Shown one piece after another: positions 27,971-36,649 of a stretch of 64,000 nucleotides of DNA; positions within the stretch are counted from its first letter, which is position 1, and each line of letters opens with the position of its first letter. The DNA is from a virus. Lineage: Duplodnaviria; Caudoviricetes. The stretch is from positions 32,001 to 96,000 of the IMG/VR virus record IMGVR_UViG_638276483_000001. The stretch is one strand, 5' to 3'. The position numbers and the translations under genes are program-made. Under the pieces are notes generated by a model. That model was not told the origin of the DNA. It searched no databases and was given only the letters and a program-made list of their open reading frames with translations.

Positions 27971-28218
27971 AGACCTGCTACCGCGGTCACGAGCGGTCCG
28001 AGGCAAACACCTACATCTTCTTCGATTCGCAGACCGGCCAGAAGAAGCACATGTGCCGGGAATGCCGCAGGAAAGTTGGCCGAGTGTGCGGCTACTGCAA
28101 CACCGCGTTCACCACGACCCTGCAACACGATTCGTGGGTCTGCCCAACCTGCACCGCGGGCGGGGCTTCCACCACTGATTACGCACCCTTGGGTTCCACC
28201 TGGGTGACGAGCGGCTAG
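27967..28218 (+). CDS. Small Zn-finger protein
   Basis: CYRGH..CREC..CGYC..CPTC. Confidence 0.65.
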   Translation: MKTCYRGHERSEANTYIFFDSQTGQKKHMCRECRRKVGRVCGYCNTAFTTTLQHDSWVCPTCTAGGASTTDYAPLGSTWVTSG

Positions 28219-28227
28219 GAGACAAAC

Positions 28228-28593
28228 ATGAGGAACAAAGCCCTGCTCAACGAGGTCATGGACTTCATCCTGAAGTACCCCGAGGCGCACAATCAGGGCG
28301 TCTACTTCAACGAGTGCGGTACAGCCGCCTGCTTCGCGGGCTGGACCTGCTACCTGGCGGGATACGACAGGTTCCCAGGAGCCTGGAACTACGTCGCCGA
28401 CCCCGAATCCCCAGAGGGATTCGATCACGCTTCGTACAAGGCCCGGGACCTTCTCGGACTTACCGTGGCGGAAGCGATCGAGCTCTTCGATGGCGACAAC
28501 ACCCCGGAGGATCTCCAGCGGATGGTTGCCAACCTCGTTGCTGACAGGCCCGTCGATAGCGACAGCCGCTACTGGCAGAGTGCGGATCAGTAA
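28228..28593 (+). CDS. Hypothetical protein
   Basis: HNQ..CGTAACFAGW..ARDLLGLT. Confidence 0.75.
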   Translation: MRNKALLNEVMDFILKYPEAHNQGVYFNECGTAACFAGWTCYLAGYDRFPGAWNYVADPESPEGFDHASYKARDLLGLTVAEAIELFDGDNTPEDLQRMVANLVADRPVDSDSRYWQSADQ

Positions 28594-29394
28594 ATGATCC
28601 CCGCACTCGCGCATCTCGAAGCCCGCCAGAGGCACCTCTGGGACACCGTCGCCTACAGCGGCAACCAGAAGCTCGACATCTGGCTTCCGGAAAGCCCGGA
28701 GAACGCGCCGGTCTTCATGTTCATCCCCGGCGGGGCCTGGACCATTGGCGACCGCCGCGGCCAGGGCTACGCCATCATGTCCCACCTCGTCCAGCAGGGC
28801 TGGATCTGCGTGGCGATCGACTACCGCACCGCCCCCAAGAACCATTGGCCGGCCCCTTTCGAAGATGTGTCCGCCGCTTTCCACTGGGTGAGGGCCAACA
28901 TCCACCAATACGGTGGGGGAGACTTCCTGGCCGTCGGCGGGGCCTCGGCCGGAGGTCACATGGCCTCACTTCTCGGATTGACTGACTGGTCCTTCTCTAA
29001 ACCTGATGCAGTGGTTTCTTTGTACGGGGTTTACGACTGGACCTCGAAGAGCCTGGATCACTGGCTGATCAACCGTTACGTCCAGCACGTGGTGGTGGGC
29101 CGGCGCGACCACGACACCCTCCGGATCTCCTCGCCGATCCACCAGATCCACCGCGACGCCCCGCCCTTCCTCATCATCCAGGGCGACTGCGATCTGGTTA
29201 CCCCACAAAGCGGGGCGAAGAAGTTCTTCAAGAAGCTGAAGGAAACCTCTCTCAACCACGCGGTGTATCACCGGGTGCCGGGCGGTATTCACGGCTTCGA
29301 CCTTCTCCAGGGGTGGCAGACCGATAGGGCCATCGACGCGATCGACGACTTTCTCACCACAGCTCGTATTCCCGGTCTTTTGGAGGCGTCATGA
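28594..29394 (+). CDS. Alpha/beta hydrolase (HSL-family esterase/lipase)
   Basis: PGGAW oxyanion motif, GASAGG nucleophile, QGDCD, HGFD. Confidence 0.9.
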   Translation: MIPALAHLEARQRHLWDTVAYSGNQKLDIWLPESPENAPVFMFIPGGAWTIGDRRGQGYAIMSHLVQQGWICVAIDYRTAPKNHWPAPFEDVSAAFHWVRANIHQYGGGDFLAVGGASAGGHMASLLGLTDWSFSKPDAVVSLYGVYDWTSKSLDHWLINRYVQHVVVGRRDHDTLRISSPIHQIHRDAPPFLIIQGDCDLVTPQSGAKKFFKKLKETSLNHAVYHRVPGGIHGFDLLQGWQTDRAIDAIDDFLTTARIPGLLEAS

Positions 29395-29661
29395 CCGACA
29401 GCACCATGCTCCGCGAAGCGGCCATCAAGAAGCTGATGGACATTCAGGAGGCGTGTCGCGCCGAACTCTTGCAGCACCCGATGCGGGCGTACCGCGGTAT
29501 CAGCCTCGCCAACGAAATCCTCGACATCATCAAGGGGGAGTGATGACTACCCAGGCGATCATCTTCTTCTCTTCCGTGGCAATGGTTCCGGCCCTCGCCT
29601 TCGTTATCGGTGGCGCGCAGGCCTGGGCTGAGCGGTGGTCTTATCGACGGGACTTCTGGCG

Positions 29662-30039
29662 ATGAGGACCTGCACAATTCCGGGGTGCGAGAAGAAGCAC
29701 CACGCTCGCGGCTTCTGCGTCGTGCACTACGGCCGCTGGACCCGCAGCTCCGACGAGCCCCGCGGCAACTACCGCCGCAGCCACCGGTCGGATTGCAAGC
29801 TGGAATGGTGCAACGGGCGGTTCTACGCCAAGGATCTCTGCCGGTTCCATCACCAGCGTCTCCTCCGCGGCAAGGCCATGGACGACCCGCGCGGCAACGT
29901 CGGGATCTTCGATTGGGCGGCGTGCGGGACGCCGGCGCAATACAGGAAGCACTTCCGGCACGGCATCCCCTTGTGCGACGCATGCCGGAAAGCTGAGAGT
30001 CGACGTCAGAAGGACCGCCGCGAGAAGGCAAAGCGATGA
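29662..30039 (+). CDS. Zn-binding hypothetical protein
   Basis: Repeated CxxxxC..ARGxCxxHY units; CGT..Y..H..CDAC. Confidence 0.7.
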   Translation: MRTCTIPGCEKKHHARGFCVVHYGRWTRSSDEPRGNYRRSHRSDCKLEWCNGRFYAKDLCRFHHQRLLRGKAMDDPRGNVGIFDWAACGTPAQYRKHFRHGIPLCDACRKAESRRQKDRREKAKR

Positions 30040-30350
30040 AAGATTCTTCCGAACCTTTACGGGGATCTGATCATCCCAATGCTAAAGTTGACCTTGAGCA
30101 AATCCTCGGAAACTGGAGGCCAGCGTGTGGATTGCGGGAGGACATGCCAGCGCTTTCGGTGTGTGGGAATCCCGCCACGCATGTACTCAACTTTCATGGC
30201 GGACATTTTGTTCATCTGACTTGCATCCCCTGCTACCTCCTCTACATGGAGGCAATCCGTCAGTGGATTGAAACATCCCCCAAGGTGGAATGCACCGCCT
30301 GCGGAGAAGGCGTAGATGCACTCGTTCATCTCAAGCTAACTCCGCTCTAA
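30036..30350 (+). CDS. Cys-rich hypothetical protein
   Basis: Similar to 35192 and 37533. Confidence 0.6.
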   Translation: MKDSSEPLRGSDHPNAKVDLEQILGNWRPACGLREDMPALSVCGNPATHVLNFHGGHFVHLTCIPCYLLYMEAIRQWIETSPKVECTACGEGVDALVHLKLTPL

Positions 30351-30388
30351 GAAACTTCCCCGGCCAAGAGCCGGCGGGCAAAACTTAA

Positions 30389-30587
30389 AAGCTTCAACCG
30401 GCGGAATGCCAGCTCCCTCCCAAGTAGACGGGGGTGACGATTCCATCAGCCTTTAGGTGCCGTACGAAGCGTTATATGTGTGACGGGTTAAGTGCTACAG
30501 GGGCCTGAAAAGGCCGCCCGCGGGGACATAGAAACCTCGCCGTTAGCCGCAAGGCGCGTAGACCCACCTCGGTGGAGGATTAAGCTT
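30389..30587 (+). ncRNA. Putative structured ncRNA (about 200 nt)
   Basis: ORF-free; closing helix aagcttcaacc/ggattaagctt; GNRA-capped stems ggcct-GAAA-aggcc and gcc-GCAA-ggc. Confidence 0.5.
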
Positions 30588-30616
30588 ACCCAAATCTTTT
30601 TGCAGAGAAATCTGCA

Positions 30617-30677
30617 GCGCACGGCCGGAATGGTTCGGCACGAATTCGTCAAGGTTCAAATCCTTGCGTGCGCACCA
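30617..30677 (+). ncRNA. 61-nt tRNA-like RNA with CCA end and no anticodon
   Basis: gcgcacg/cgtgcgc-ACCA; D arm gccg-gaatggtt-cggc; stub acg-aatt-cgt; T arm caagg-TTCAAAT-ccttg. Confidence 0.75.
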
Positions 30678-30678
30678 G

Positions 30679-30737
30679 TCGCGGGGAGTCGAGCCGGCTT
30701 GTTCTAGCCGAGTGTCGGTTCCTCCCCGCGATTTTTT
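30679..30737 (+). terminator. Intrinsic terminator
   Basis: tcgcggggag...ctccccgcga-tttttt. Confidence 0.7.
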
Positions 30738-30763
30738 GTACCCAAAATCAGGGAGGTTCGCCC

Positions 30764-31063
30764 ATGCTCGGACGTTTCACTGAAGATCAGCAAGTTCTGC
30801 TCGCCTGCTACTGGGCGCTCTCCGACGCCCACCCGCCTCACAAGGGCGAGCTGCGAAAGATGTTCCGCAGCAAGGTGGATACCTCAACCGCGGAGCACGC
30901 GGTGATCTCCGCCCGCCGCGCCGAGGACTTCCACATCGGCATCGCCGGTGCCCTCACCGAACTCTCCAAGGCCACTCAGAAATACCCCCGCTACGCCTTC
31001 GACCGTTTCCGTCGGGGGACGGGCGTTCCCAACCATCGCAAGGTGCGGGTCCGTGACAACTGA
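30764..31063 (+). CDS. Hypothetical protein
   Basis: RBS ggagg. Confidence 0.65.
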   Translation: MLGRFTEDQQVLLACYWALSDAHPPHKGELRKMFRSKVDTSTAEHAVISARRAEDFHIGIAGALTELSKATQKYPRYAFDRFRRGTGVPNHRKVRVRDN

Positions 31064-31183
31064 CCAGGCGGCGAAGATCCTTTATCTCGCCTATCACAAA
31101 GACCGCTACGCCCCGCATTGGGAATCCGCCCCGGACCAGTCGCGGTGGCGACAGACTGCCGCAGCACTCCTCCGGGAGATGAA

Positions 31184-31357
31184 ATGATCTTCGTTGAGAT
31201 CGAATGCGACAACCCGAGCTGCCCCAACGGCAGTGAGTATGTTGACGTCTACCTCGACGCGTGGCGCCGGGGCGCGCCCGTAAACACCTACCTCCCCGAG
31301 GGATGGCGTGTGGCGAACGCGGTGGAGCGCCCTGATTGCGCGGGGATCGAAGAGTGA
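31184..31357 (+). CDS. Small Cys-containing hypothetical protein
   Basis: ATGA overlap. Confidence 0.55.
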   Translation: MIFVEIECDNPSCPNGSEYVDVYLDAWRRGAPVNTYLPEGWRVANAVERPDCAGIEE

Positions 31358-31578
31358 ACGCGGCCGAGATAATGCAGCGCCGGATCGACCTCTATGAACA
31401 CCTGACCGATATCGATCAAGCATTGCGGCTACTGGTCGGCGGGCCCATGACCCCAGGGGCTGAAGAAACGGCATTCGAACTCCTTGAGGAGAGGGACATG
31501 GTGTGCCACCTCATGCGAGAGGTCGGCTACGAACCTTGGGATTCCCCTTTCTCCGAAGATGAAACGAAGGTCTTATGA
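31354..31578 (+). CDS. Hypothetical protein
   Basis: GTGA overlap. Confidence 0.6.
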   Translation: MNAAEIMQRRIDLYEHLTDIDQALRLLVGGPMTPGAEETAFELLEERDMVCHLMREVGYEPWDSPFSEDETKVL

Positions 31579-31778
31579 ACTACGAATACGAACTGGTGAT
31601 CGCCAAGAACGCCGCAAGGGAAACTGAGGCGTTGATCCGCAACGCCCTCGAATACCTGGCGGAGGCCCGCTCCACGGTGATCGATCACCTCTCCGCCCCC
31701 AATGACATCTACGCCCGGCTGACCATTGTTCAGGACCTCGGCCTGGTGGAAGACAATCTCCGAAAGGCTCTGAATTGA
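31575..31778 (+). CDS. Hypothetical protein
   Basis: ATGA overlap. Confidence 0.6.
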   Translation: MNYEYELVIAKNAARETEALIRNALEYLAEARSTVIDHLSAPNDIYARLTIVQDLGLVEDNLRKALN

Positions 31779-31915
31779 AGACCCTGAAAACCTTCGCTAT
31801 TGCCGGCGCGGTTGCCACCGCATTCACCGCGGTCGGCCTTGTTACGGCACGCCCCGCCGAGGCGGTCCCCGGCCAGTGTGGGGGCGCGATCGTGTTCGGC
31901 AGCGGCGGGTGCTAA
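31775..31915 (+). pseudogene. Secreted-protein gene apparently truncated by the HNH insertion
   Basis: Signal peptide (..PAEA), then only VPGQCGGAIVFGSGGC-stop. Confidence 0.45.
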
Positions 31916-32451
31916 CCGAGCGCTGGATGCCGATTCCGGGCCTTCCGGGGTATGAGGCCAGCTCGCTCGGCCGTGTCAGGTCCCTGCCCAGGCGGATTAC
32001 GCAGATCAGGTATGGCAAGTCGCATGCCATTACAGCGAAGGGGCGGGTGCTGAAGCCCCGGATGATCAACGGATATCTTGTGGTTCAGCCCCGCAGACCC
32101 GACCATTCCATTTGGTCGGCGGGGGTTCACCGCCTGGTGCTCATGGCCTTTAGCGGGGTCCATCACCCGACGCTGGACTGCCGCCACCTAAATGGCGACC
32201 GGATGGATAACCGCCCAGAGAATCTTGAATGGGGCACCCGGCTAGACAATCTAGAGGATCAGAAGCTGCATGGCACCCACCCCTCTCAGCGCCTGGTGAC
32301 TCATTGCCCCGCGGGCCATGAGTACACTTCCGAAAACACCGCACGGCGCAAATCGGATGGGTCACGGCGCTGTAGGCAATGCGATCGAGAGTATGCGCGC
32401 GAATACCAACGAAGGAAGCGCCGAACCAGGGGCGGATTGAGGCAAGAATGA
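31909..32451 (+). CDS. NUMOD4-HNH homing endonuclease
   Basis: ERWMPIPG..YEASSLGRVRS; VHRLV..CRHLNGDRMDNRPENL; THCPAGH. Confidence 0.9.
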   Translation: MLTERWMPIPGLPGYEASSLGRVRSLPRRITQIRYGKSHAITAKGRVLKPRMINGYLVVQPRRPDHSIWSAGVHRLVLMAFSGVHHPTLDCRHLNGDRMDNRPENLEWGTRLDNLEDQKLHGTHPSQRLVTHCPAGHEYTSENTARRKSDGSRRCRQCDREYAREYQRRKRRTRGGLRQE

Positions 32452-32618
32452 CCGTCTACAACCTCTCGTACGACCGCAAAGACGTCCGCTACGAGGTCCA
32501 CTACGGGGATAAAACCGAGGTGTTCACCTCCCCGTACATCATTCAACTGTGGTCGTGGCTCGGGAATGTCATGGAGCCGGGCGACACCCTTCACTGGCTC
32601 TCCGGAGGAGATGATTGA
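32448..32618 (+). CDS. Hypothetical protein
   Basis: ATGA overlap. Confidence 0.55.
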   Translation: MTVYNLSYDRKDVRYEVHYGDKTEVFTSPYIIQLWSWLGNVMEPGDTLHWLSGGDD

Positions 32619-32857
32619 TGAGCGCTACCAGAGAATACCTCCGGGACTTCTGCAAATGCTGGACCTGGTGGGCGACCCTCACACTGCTGATGGCGTTGAG
32701 TTGTGCGGTCGATCTGGCGATCAACCCAAGTAAGGACGCGCTCGCCTTCACGCTGATGTGGGCGGCGTTGACGATCGTCGAGCTCAACCGTAAGGCCGAC
32801 AAGATCTATATCGAACTCCTCGAATCCCAGATCGAGGAGCTGGTGGCTGAGCAATGA
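32615..32857 (+). CDS. Small two-TM membrane protein
   Basis: Two hydrophobic helices. Confidence 0.6.
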   Translation: MMSATREYLRDFCKCWTWWATLTLLMALSCAVDLAINPSKDALAFTLMWAALTIVELNRKADKIYIELLESQIEELVAEQ

Positions 32858-32896
32858 CCGGCCTCGACGCCCCGAACTTCCAGAAAGCGAAAGTGA

Positions 32897-33280
32897 ATGA
32901 AGAAACTCATTACCGCGGCGGTGGCCGCTGCCGCCATTATCGGCCTATCCGCTTGCTCCTCTGATGCCGACGTCGCCTCGGAGAACCTTTCCAAGGCGGC
33001 CGACAACTTCCAGGTCCCCCGTCGGATCGTGTTCTTCAACGGCATCACCGACAAGTACCTGCTGGAGATCCAGGGCTTCTGCTCGATCAATGCCGATACG
33101 GGCTCAAAGAAACTTGACGTGACCTGCAAGGTCAATGACGGCTACAAGAAGCATTTCCTGGGCCTGTCGGACAACGTGTCGTATTTCGTGGAGCAGATCA
33201 ACGGCGCGAATGTCAGCACCGACTTCTACCAGGTAAATTTCAAGCCAGCGTCCATCCTGCCGGATGTAGAGTTACGGTGA
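32897..33280 (+). CDS. Conserved phage lipoprotein
   Basis: Lipobox LSAC; SENLSKAADNF..RRIVFFNGITD..KHFLGLSDNV. Confidence 0.85.
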   Translation: MKKLITAAVAAAAIIGLSACSSDADVASENLSKAADNFQVPRRIVFFNGITDKYLLEIQGFCSINADTGSKKLDVTCKVNDGYKKHFLGLSDNVSYFVEQINGANVSTDFYQVNFKPASILPDVELR

Positions 33281-33636
33281 TCGACCGCCCCGTCCCGCAA
33301 ATGGTCGTGGTAGACCACGGCACCGAAGCCGGCATCGACTGGGCCACCTGCGAAGCCCCGCTCTACGGGGCTATCAACGGATACGTCCGCATCCCGGAGG
33401 GCCACCCGTGGCACGGCCTGAATTATGAAGAGATCTACGTCGAGGCGCCCGGCGGATTGACCTACTCCGAGAACGGCTGGATCGGCTTTGACACCCTGCA
33501 CCTCGGGGATTACTGGCCGGGGATGCGGCAGGCGGGGTACGGCCCGCCGAGCTTCCACGACATGGAATGGGATGCAGGAATGGTTGCCGAGGAGGCGCGC
33601 CTGTTGGCTCAGCGCGTCGCCGAGGCCGCAAGCTAG
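33277..33636 (+). CDS. Hypothetical protein
   Basis: NGYVRIPEGHPW..GGLTY..WIGFDTLH. Confidence 0.75.
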   Translation: MIDRPVPQMVVVDHGTEAGIDWATCEAPLYGAINGYVRIPEGHPWHGLNYEEIYVEAPGGLTYSENGWIGFDTLHLGDYWPGMRQAGYGPPSFHDMEWDAGMVAEEARLLAQRVAEAAS

Positions 33637-33890
33637 GCGCCGGGCGACCCCGGCGTTGCCCCGAGGAGTTCCCGAGCGTAAAAGTCGGGCCGGGGAACGG
33701 GACGCCCGTAGCGGGGCGACACTAGCAGTGAGGTAACAGCCCGTATAAAGCCCTCACTCAGCCCGTCGTAGGGGTCGCTACATCCCTGGTGAAACATTTG
33801 TCCCGCGTCGCCGCGACTTGGCGCGGGGCCCTTAAAGACCCACCGGAGTGGGTGCCGGTTTGAGGTCCGGAGATAAACAAAACCTCACCC
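33637..33890 (+). ncRNA. Putative structured intergenic RNA
   Basis: ORF-free gap dense in stems (cgccggg/cccggcg, gtgagg/cctcac, acccac-cgga-gtgggt). Confidence 0.4.
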
Positions 33891-33936
33891 CCAATTCCCC
33901 CAAGCCGCAGGATTGCGCAAACCCCAAGGATAAACG

Positions 33937-34872
33937 ATTACCGTAAAGGTAACTCTCGGGGCAACAATTCCAGTTGTCCAGTACGGAAATCTCCAGCCCC
34001 AAGTCGAGGCAGAGGCCGAGACGCATGAAGAGGCCTTGGAGCTGGCTCTGGCGCAAATCAAGGCGCTGTGGGACCGCACCTCGCCCAAGCCCCTGGATAT
34101 CGACAGGGGCCAGCCTCAGCAGGTGCCGGTCAAGCCCACGGGCGTCATCAAAAAGTGTCGAGTGTCCGGGGCTGAGGTCATTTTCGACCCGGTCGCTCAC
34201 ACTTATCACGACAAGCAGGGTCGCAAGTACCGCGGCGGTTCCAGTTTCGCCGCCGAGTACAAAAGCCCCTTCGAGGCGGACATTATCTCCGGGAAGATGG
34301 CGGCCAAGCACGGCGTTCCCCAGGAAGACATCCTGGCGATGTGGAAGCTCAACTCGGAAGCCTCCACGACGTTCGGGACATCCCTCCACGCGGCGTTGGA
34401 ACTCTACGGCCGATACCTGGAGCTGTCCAAGATCCTCAAGGACGGTACTGACGAATCCTGCCTAACGAAGAACCCGGTGCTGCGGCCGATCGTCCAGAAG
34501 TTTTTCACCGAGGAGCGCATCGCGGAGAAGGCCTACTACGAGGAATTCGTGGCCGACCCCGACACACTCTCTTGTGGATTGATCGACCGGCTGGTCGTCG
34601 ACGACGATGGCCTGTGGGTAGAGGACTACAAAAGTAACGCGTCGGTAACGGACAAAAAAGAGACGTACCTAGCTCCGTTTAAGGATCTCGTCGAGCCTAA
34701 TGCGCTCGGCGGCTACGTCATACAGCTTAGCTACTACGCCGCGATCCTCAAGAAATACGGCCGCAACGTCAAGGGCCTCCGCATCCATCACTGGGATGGC
34801 GAGGACTGGACTACTTATGAGCGGGAAATGATCGACATTTCCGGGGAACTTAAGTCCATCAAGGAGAACTAA
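33937..34872 (+). CDS. PD-(D/E)xK exonuclease (Cas4/RecB-like), probable ATT start
   Basis: GTSLHAALE, GLIDRL, VEDYK, QLSYY. Confidence 0.85.
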   Translation: MTVKVTLGATIPVVQYGNLQPQVEAEAETHEEALELALAQIKALWDRTSPKPLDIDRGQPQQVPVKPTGVIKKCRVSGAEVIFDPVAHTYHDKQGRKYRGGSSFAAEYKSPFEADIISGKMAAKHGVPQEDILAMWKLNSEASTTFGTSLHAALELYGRYLELSKILKDGTDESCLTKNPVLRPIVQKFFTEERIAEKAYYEEFVADPDTLSCGLIDRLVVDDDGLWVEDYKSNASVTDKKETYLAPFKDLVEPNALGGYVIQLSYYAAILKKYGRNVKGLRIHHWDGEDWTTYEREMIDISGELKSIKEN

Positions 34873-35195
34873 TGAGCGAACTCGGGCAGAAACTCATCAA
34901 TGAGATTCGCATGGTCGCCGCGGGCAATCCCGACTACGTTTACGAATACGAGGAGGGGGGCCTCTGCCGATACATCATGAATGGGCAGCCGTCCTGCTTG
35001 GTGGGCCACGGTCTCCATCGGCTCGGATTGATCGATGCCGCGCTGGAGCCGCACGATTACAACTACTCCTGCTTCGAAGACCTGGAGGAGCGCCTCGACC
35101 TCGGCCTTGACTCCGACGAAGTCCACTGGGTCGAGCGAGTCCAGATAGCCCAGGACGGTGGTCGGACTTGGGGTGAAGCGGTGGGCATCTCATGA
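34872..35195 (+). CDS. Hypothetical protein, paralog of 42487-42840
   Basis: GQPSCLVGH..WV..VQ..QD.G.TWGEAV. Confidence 0.7.
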   Translation: MSELGQKLINEIRMVAAGNPDYVYEYEEGGLCRYIMNGQPSCLVGHGLHRLGLIDAALEPHDYNYSCFEDLEERLDLGLDSDEVHWVERVQIAQDGGRTWGEAVGIS

Positions 35196-35467
35196 CGGCG
35201 CCCATCTTCTCCCCGGTCGAGCTCAGCCTCTCGGAATTCGAGTTCACCGTCCCTTGCGGGATCGAGGGCTGCGACCACGACGCCGATTGGATGAGCTGGG
35301 GGGACCACTCAGCTTTCGGCTGCCCAGGGTATGGCCCGGTATGTGAATGGCACCGCCGCCTCACCTTGCGCTACGTCGAAGGCATCGAGGGACAGGTCGG
35401 GCCCTGCAGCCGCTGTAAGCAGCCCCGAGTAATCGGGCCGGATGAATTTAGGTTTATCGAACTGTGA
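35192..35467 (+). CDS. Cys-rich hypothetical protein
   Basis: ATGA overlap; CxxC motifs. Confidence 0.65.
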   Translation: MTAPIFSPVELSLSEFEFTVPCGIEGCDHDADWMSWGDHSAFGCPGYGPVCEWHRRLTLRYVEGIEGQVGPCSRCKQPRVIGPDEFRFIEL

Positions 35468-35892
35468 GCCTTTCTCGACCCTCGACACCGCGTAGAGAAC
35501 CCGAGAAGCCAGCCGAAAAGGTGGACCTCAGCCCGCCGACCGCCGCCGACGACCTCCTGCCCGTAACGGTGGAACGTCGCATTCAGGAGTTGGTCGGGGC
35601 ACTCGACAAGGCACTCGAAGGCTGGCGCACCCTCTTCGGGGAGTACAAGCGGGCCGAGCGCGAGTACGACGCGGCCTACGCCATGGCGAAGATCAACGTC
35701 GATAAGGACGTGCCGTACAACGACCGCGGTCAACACGCCCAGCTCGCAGTGATGGAGCAGCGCGAGGCCAAGGATATTGCCGAAGAGGCCTTGAAATACG
35801 CCGAACATCGGCTGGACGCCATCAAAAAGGCTTTGTCCGCTTGGCAGTCGCTGAACAGGTCGGTTCAAACGGCCTACCTCAACGCTCGATAG
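35464..35892 (+). CDS. Coiled-coil hypothetical protein
   Basis: LSAWQSLNRSV C-terminus. Confidence 0.7.
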   Translation: MSLSRPSTPRREPEKPAEKVDLSPPTAADDLLPVTVERRIQELVGALDKALEGWRTLFGEYKRAEREYDAAYAMAKINVDKDVPYNDRGQHAQLAVMEQREAKDIAEEALKYAEHRLDAIKKALSAWQSLNRSVQTAYLNAR

Positions 35893-35899
35893 GGGAACG

Positions 35900-36643
35900 A
35901 TGACTTTAACGCACGTTGACCTGTTTGCGGGCATTGGCGGCTTCTCGCTCACGCTTCAGCGGGCGGGCGCAAAAACCGTCGCCAATGTCGAGATCGACAA
36001 GAATTGCCGCCAGATTCTCGCGCGGCACTACCCCGATGCTGTCCAGTTTGACGACATCAAGAATGTGAGCGGCGATGACCTTCGATCAGTTGGATTTGTT
36101 CCCGAGCGCGGAATCCTCACCGGCGGATTCCCCTGTCAGGACATCTCCGCCGCTGGGAGGGGTGCCGGACTCGCTGGCGAGCGATCTGGCCTCTTCTGGG
36201 AAATCGTTCGACTTCTTAATGAGCTTCATCCAAAGTGGTTCATCCTCGAGAACGTCCCCCGCCTCCTGTCAATACATGGAGGACGGGACATGGGAACCGT
36301 CGTCGGGGCGTTGGCAGGTAGCGGGTATGGCCTCGCCTGGCGAGTGCTGGACGCTCAGTTTACCGGAGTCCCCCAACGACGTCGTCGAATCTTCATTGTC
36401 GGACATCTTGGAGACTCCGGGCGAGCATCTGCGGAAATACTTTTTGAGCGCCAAGGCGTGTCAGGGGATTCTGCGGAGGACCGCGAAGCGGGGGCGGAAG
36501 CTGCCGGAGCCACTAGAGCAAGCGCTGAGAACGATCGCGGGCGAATGACGGTCTCCACCCTACAAGGGGGGGGCAAGCGCGGCTATCGGATAGACGCAGA
36601 GGCAGCAGCGGGCGGCCACTTGCAGATCCAGTCGCCGCTTTGA
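35900..36643 (+). CDS. DNA cytosine-C5 methyltransferase, N-terminal part (motifs I-VIII)
   Basis: DLFAGIGG, GGFPCQD, ENVP, PQRRRRIF. Confidence 0.92.
   Translation: MTLTHVDLFAGIGGFSLTLQRAGAKTVANVEIDKNCRQILARHYPDAVQFDDIKNVSGDDLRSVGFVPERGILTGGFPCQDISAAGRGAGLAGERSGLFWEIVRLLNELHPKWFILENVPRLLSIHGGRDMGTVVGALAGSGYGLAWRVLDAQFTGVPQRRRRIFIVGHLGDSGRASAEILFERQGVSGDSAEDREAGAEAAGATRASAENDRGRMTVSTLQGGGKRGYRIDAEAAAGGHLQIQSPL
36075..36548 (+). CDS. Overprinted methyltransferase beta-type polypeptide (alternative frame)
   Basis: SSLSDILE..KYFLSAKACQGILRR..RG..LP..L..AL resembles the alternative-frame subunit of M.EcoHK31I-type enzymes. Confidence 0.6.
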   Translation: MTFDQLDLFPSAESSPADSPVRTSPPLGGVPDSLASDLASSGKSFDFLMSFIQSGSSSRTSPASCQYMEDGTWEPSSGRWQVAGMASPGECWTLSLPESPNDVVESSLSDILETPGEHLRKYFLSAKACQGILRRTAKRGRKLPEPLEQALRTIAGE

Positions 36644-36649
36644 CAGCCA

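Noticed and set aside
30499-30677. tmRNA (GGGGC start through ACCA end)
   Set aside because: The 3' acceptor strand pairs with 30617-30623 rather than 30499, and there is no G3:U70 pair or tag reading frame.
33937-34872. CRISPR-Cas locus suggested by the Cas4-like nuclease
   Set aside because: No repeat-spacer array or other cas genes were seen; stand-alone PD-(D/E)xK exonucleases are common in phages.
36566-36573. G8 tract as a phase-variation switch in the methylase
   Set aside because: The run is in frame within the QGGGK module; the frame disruption lies further downstream.
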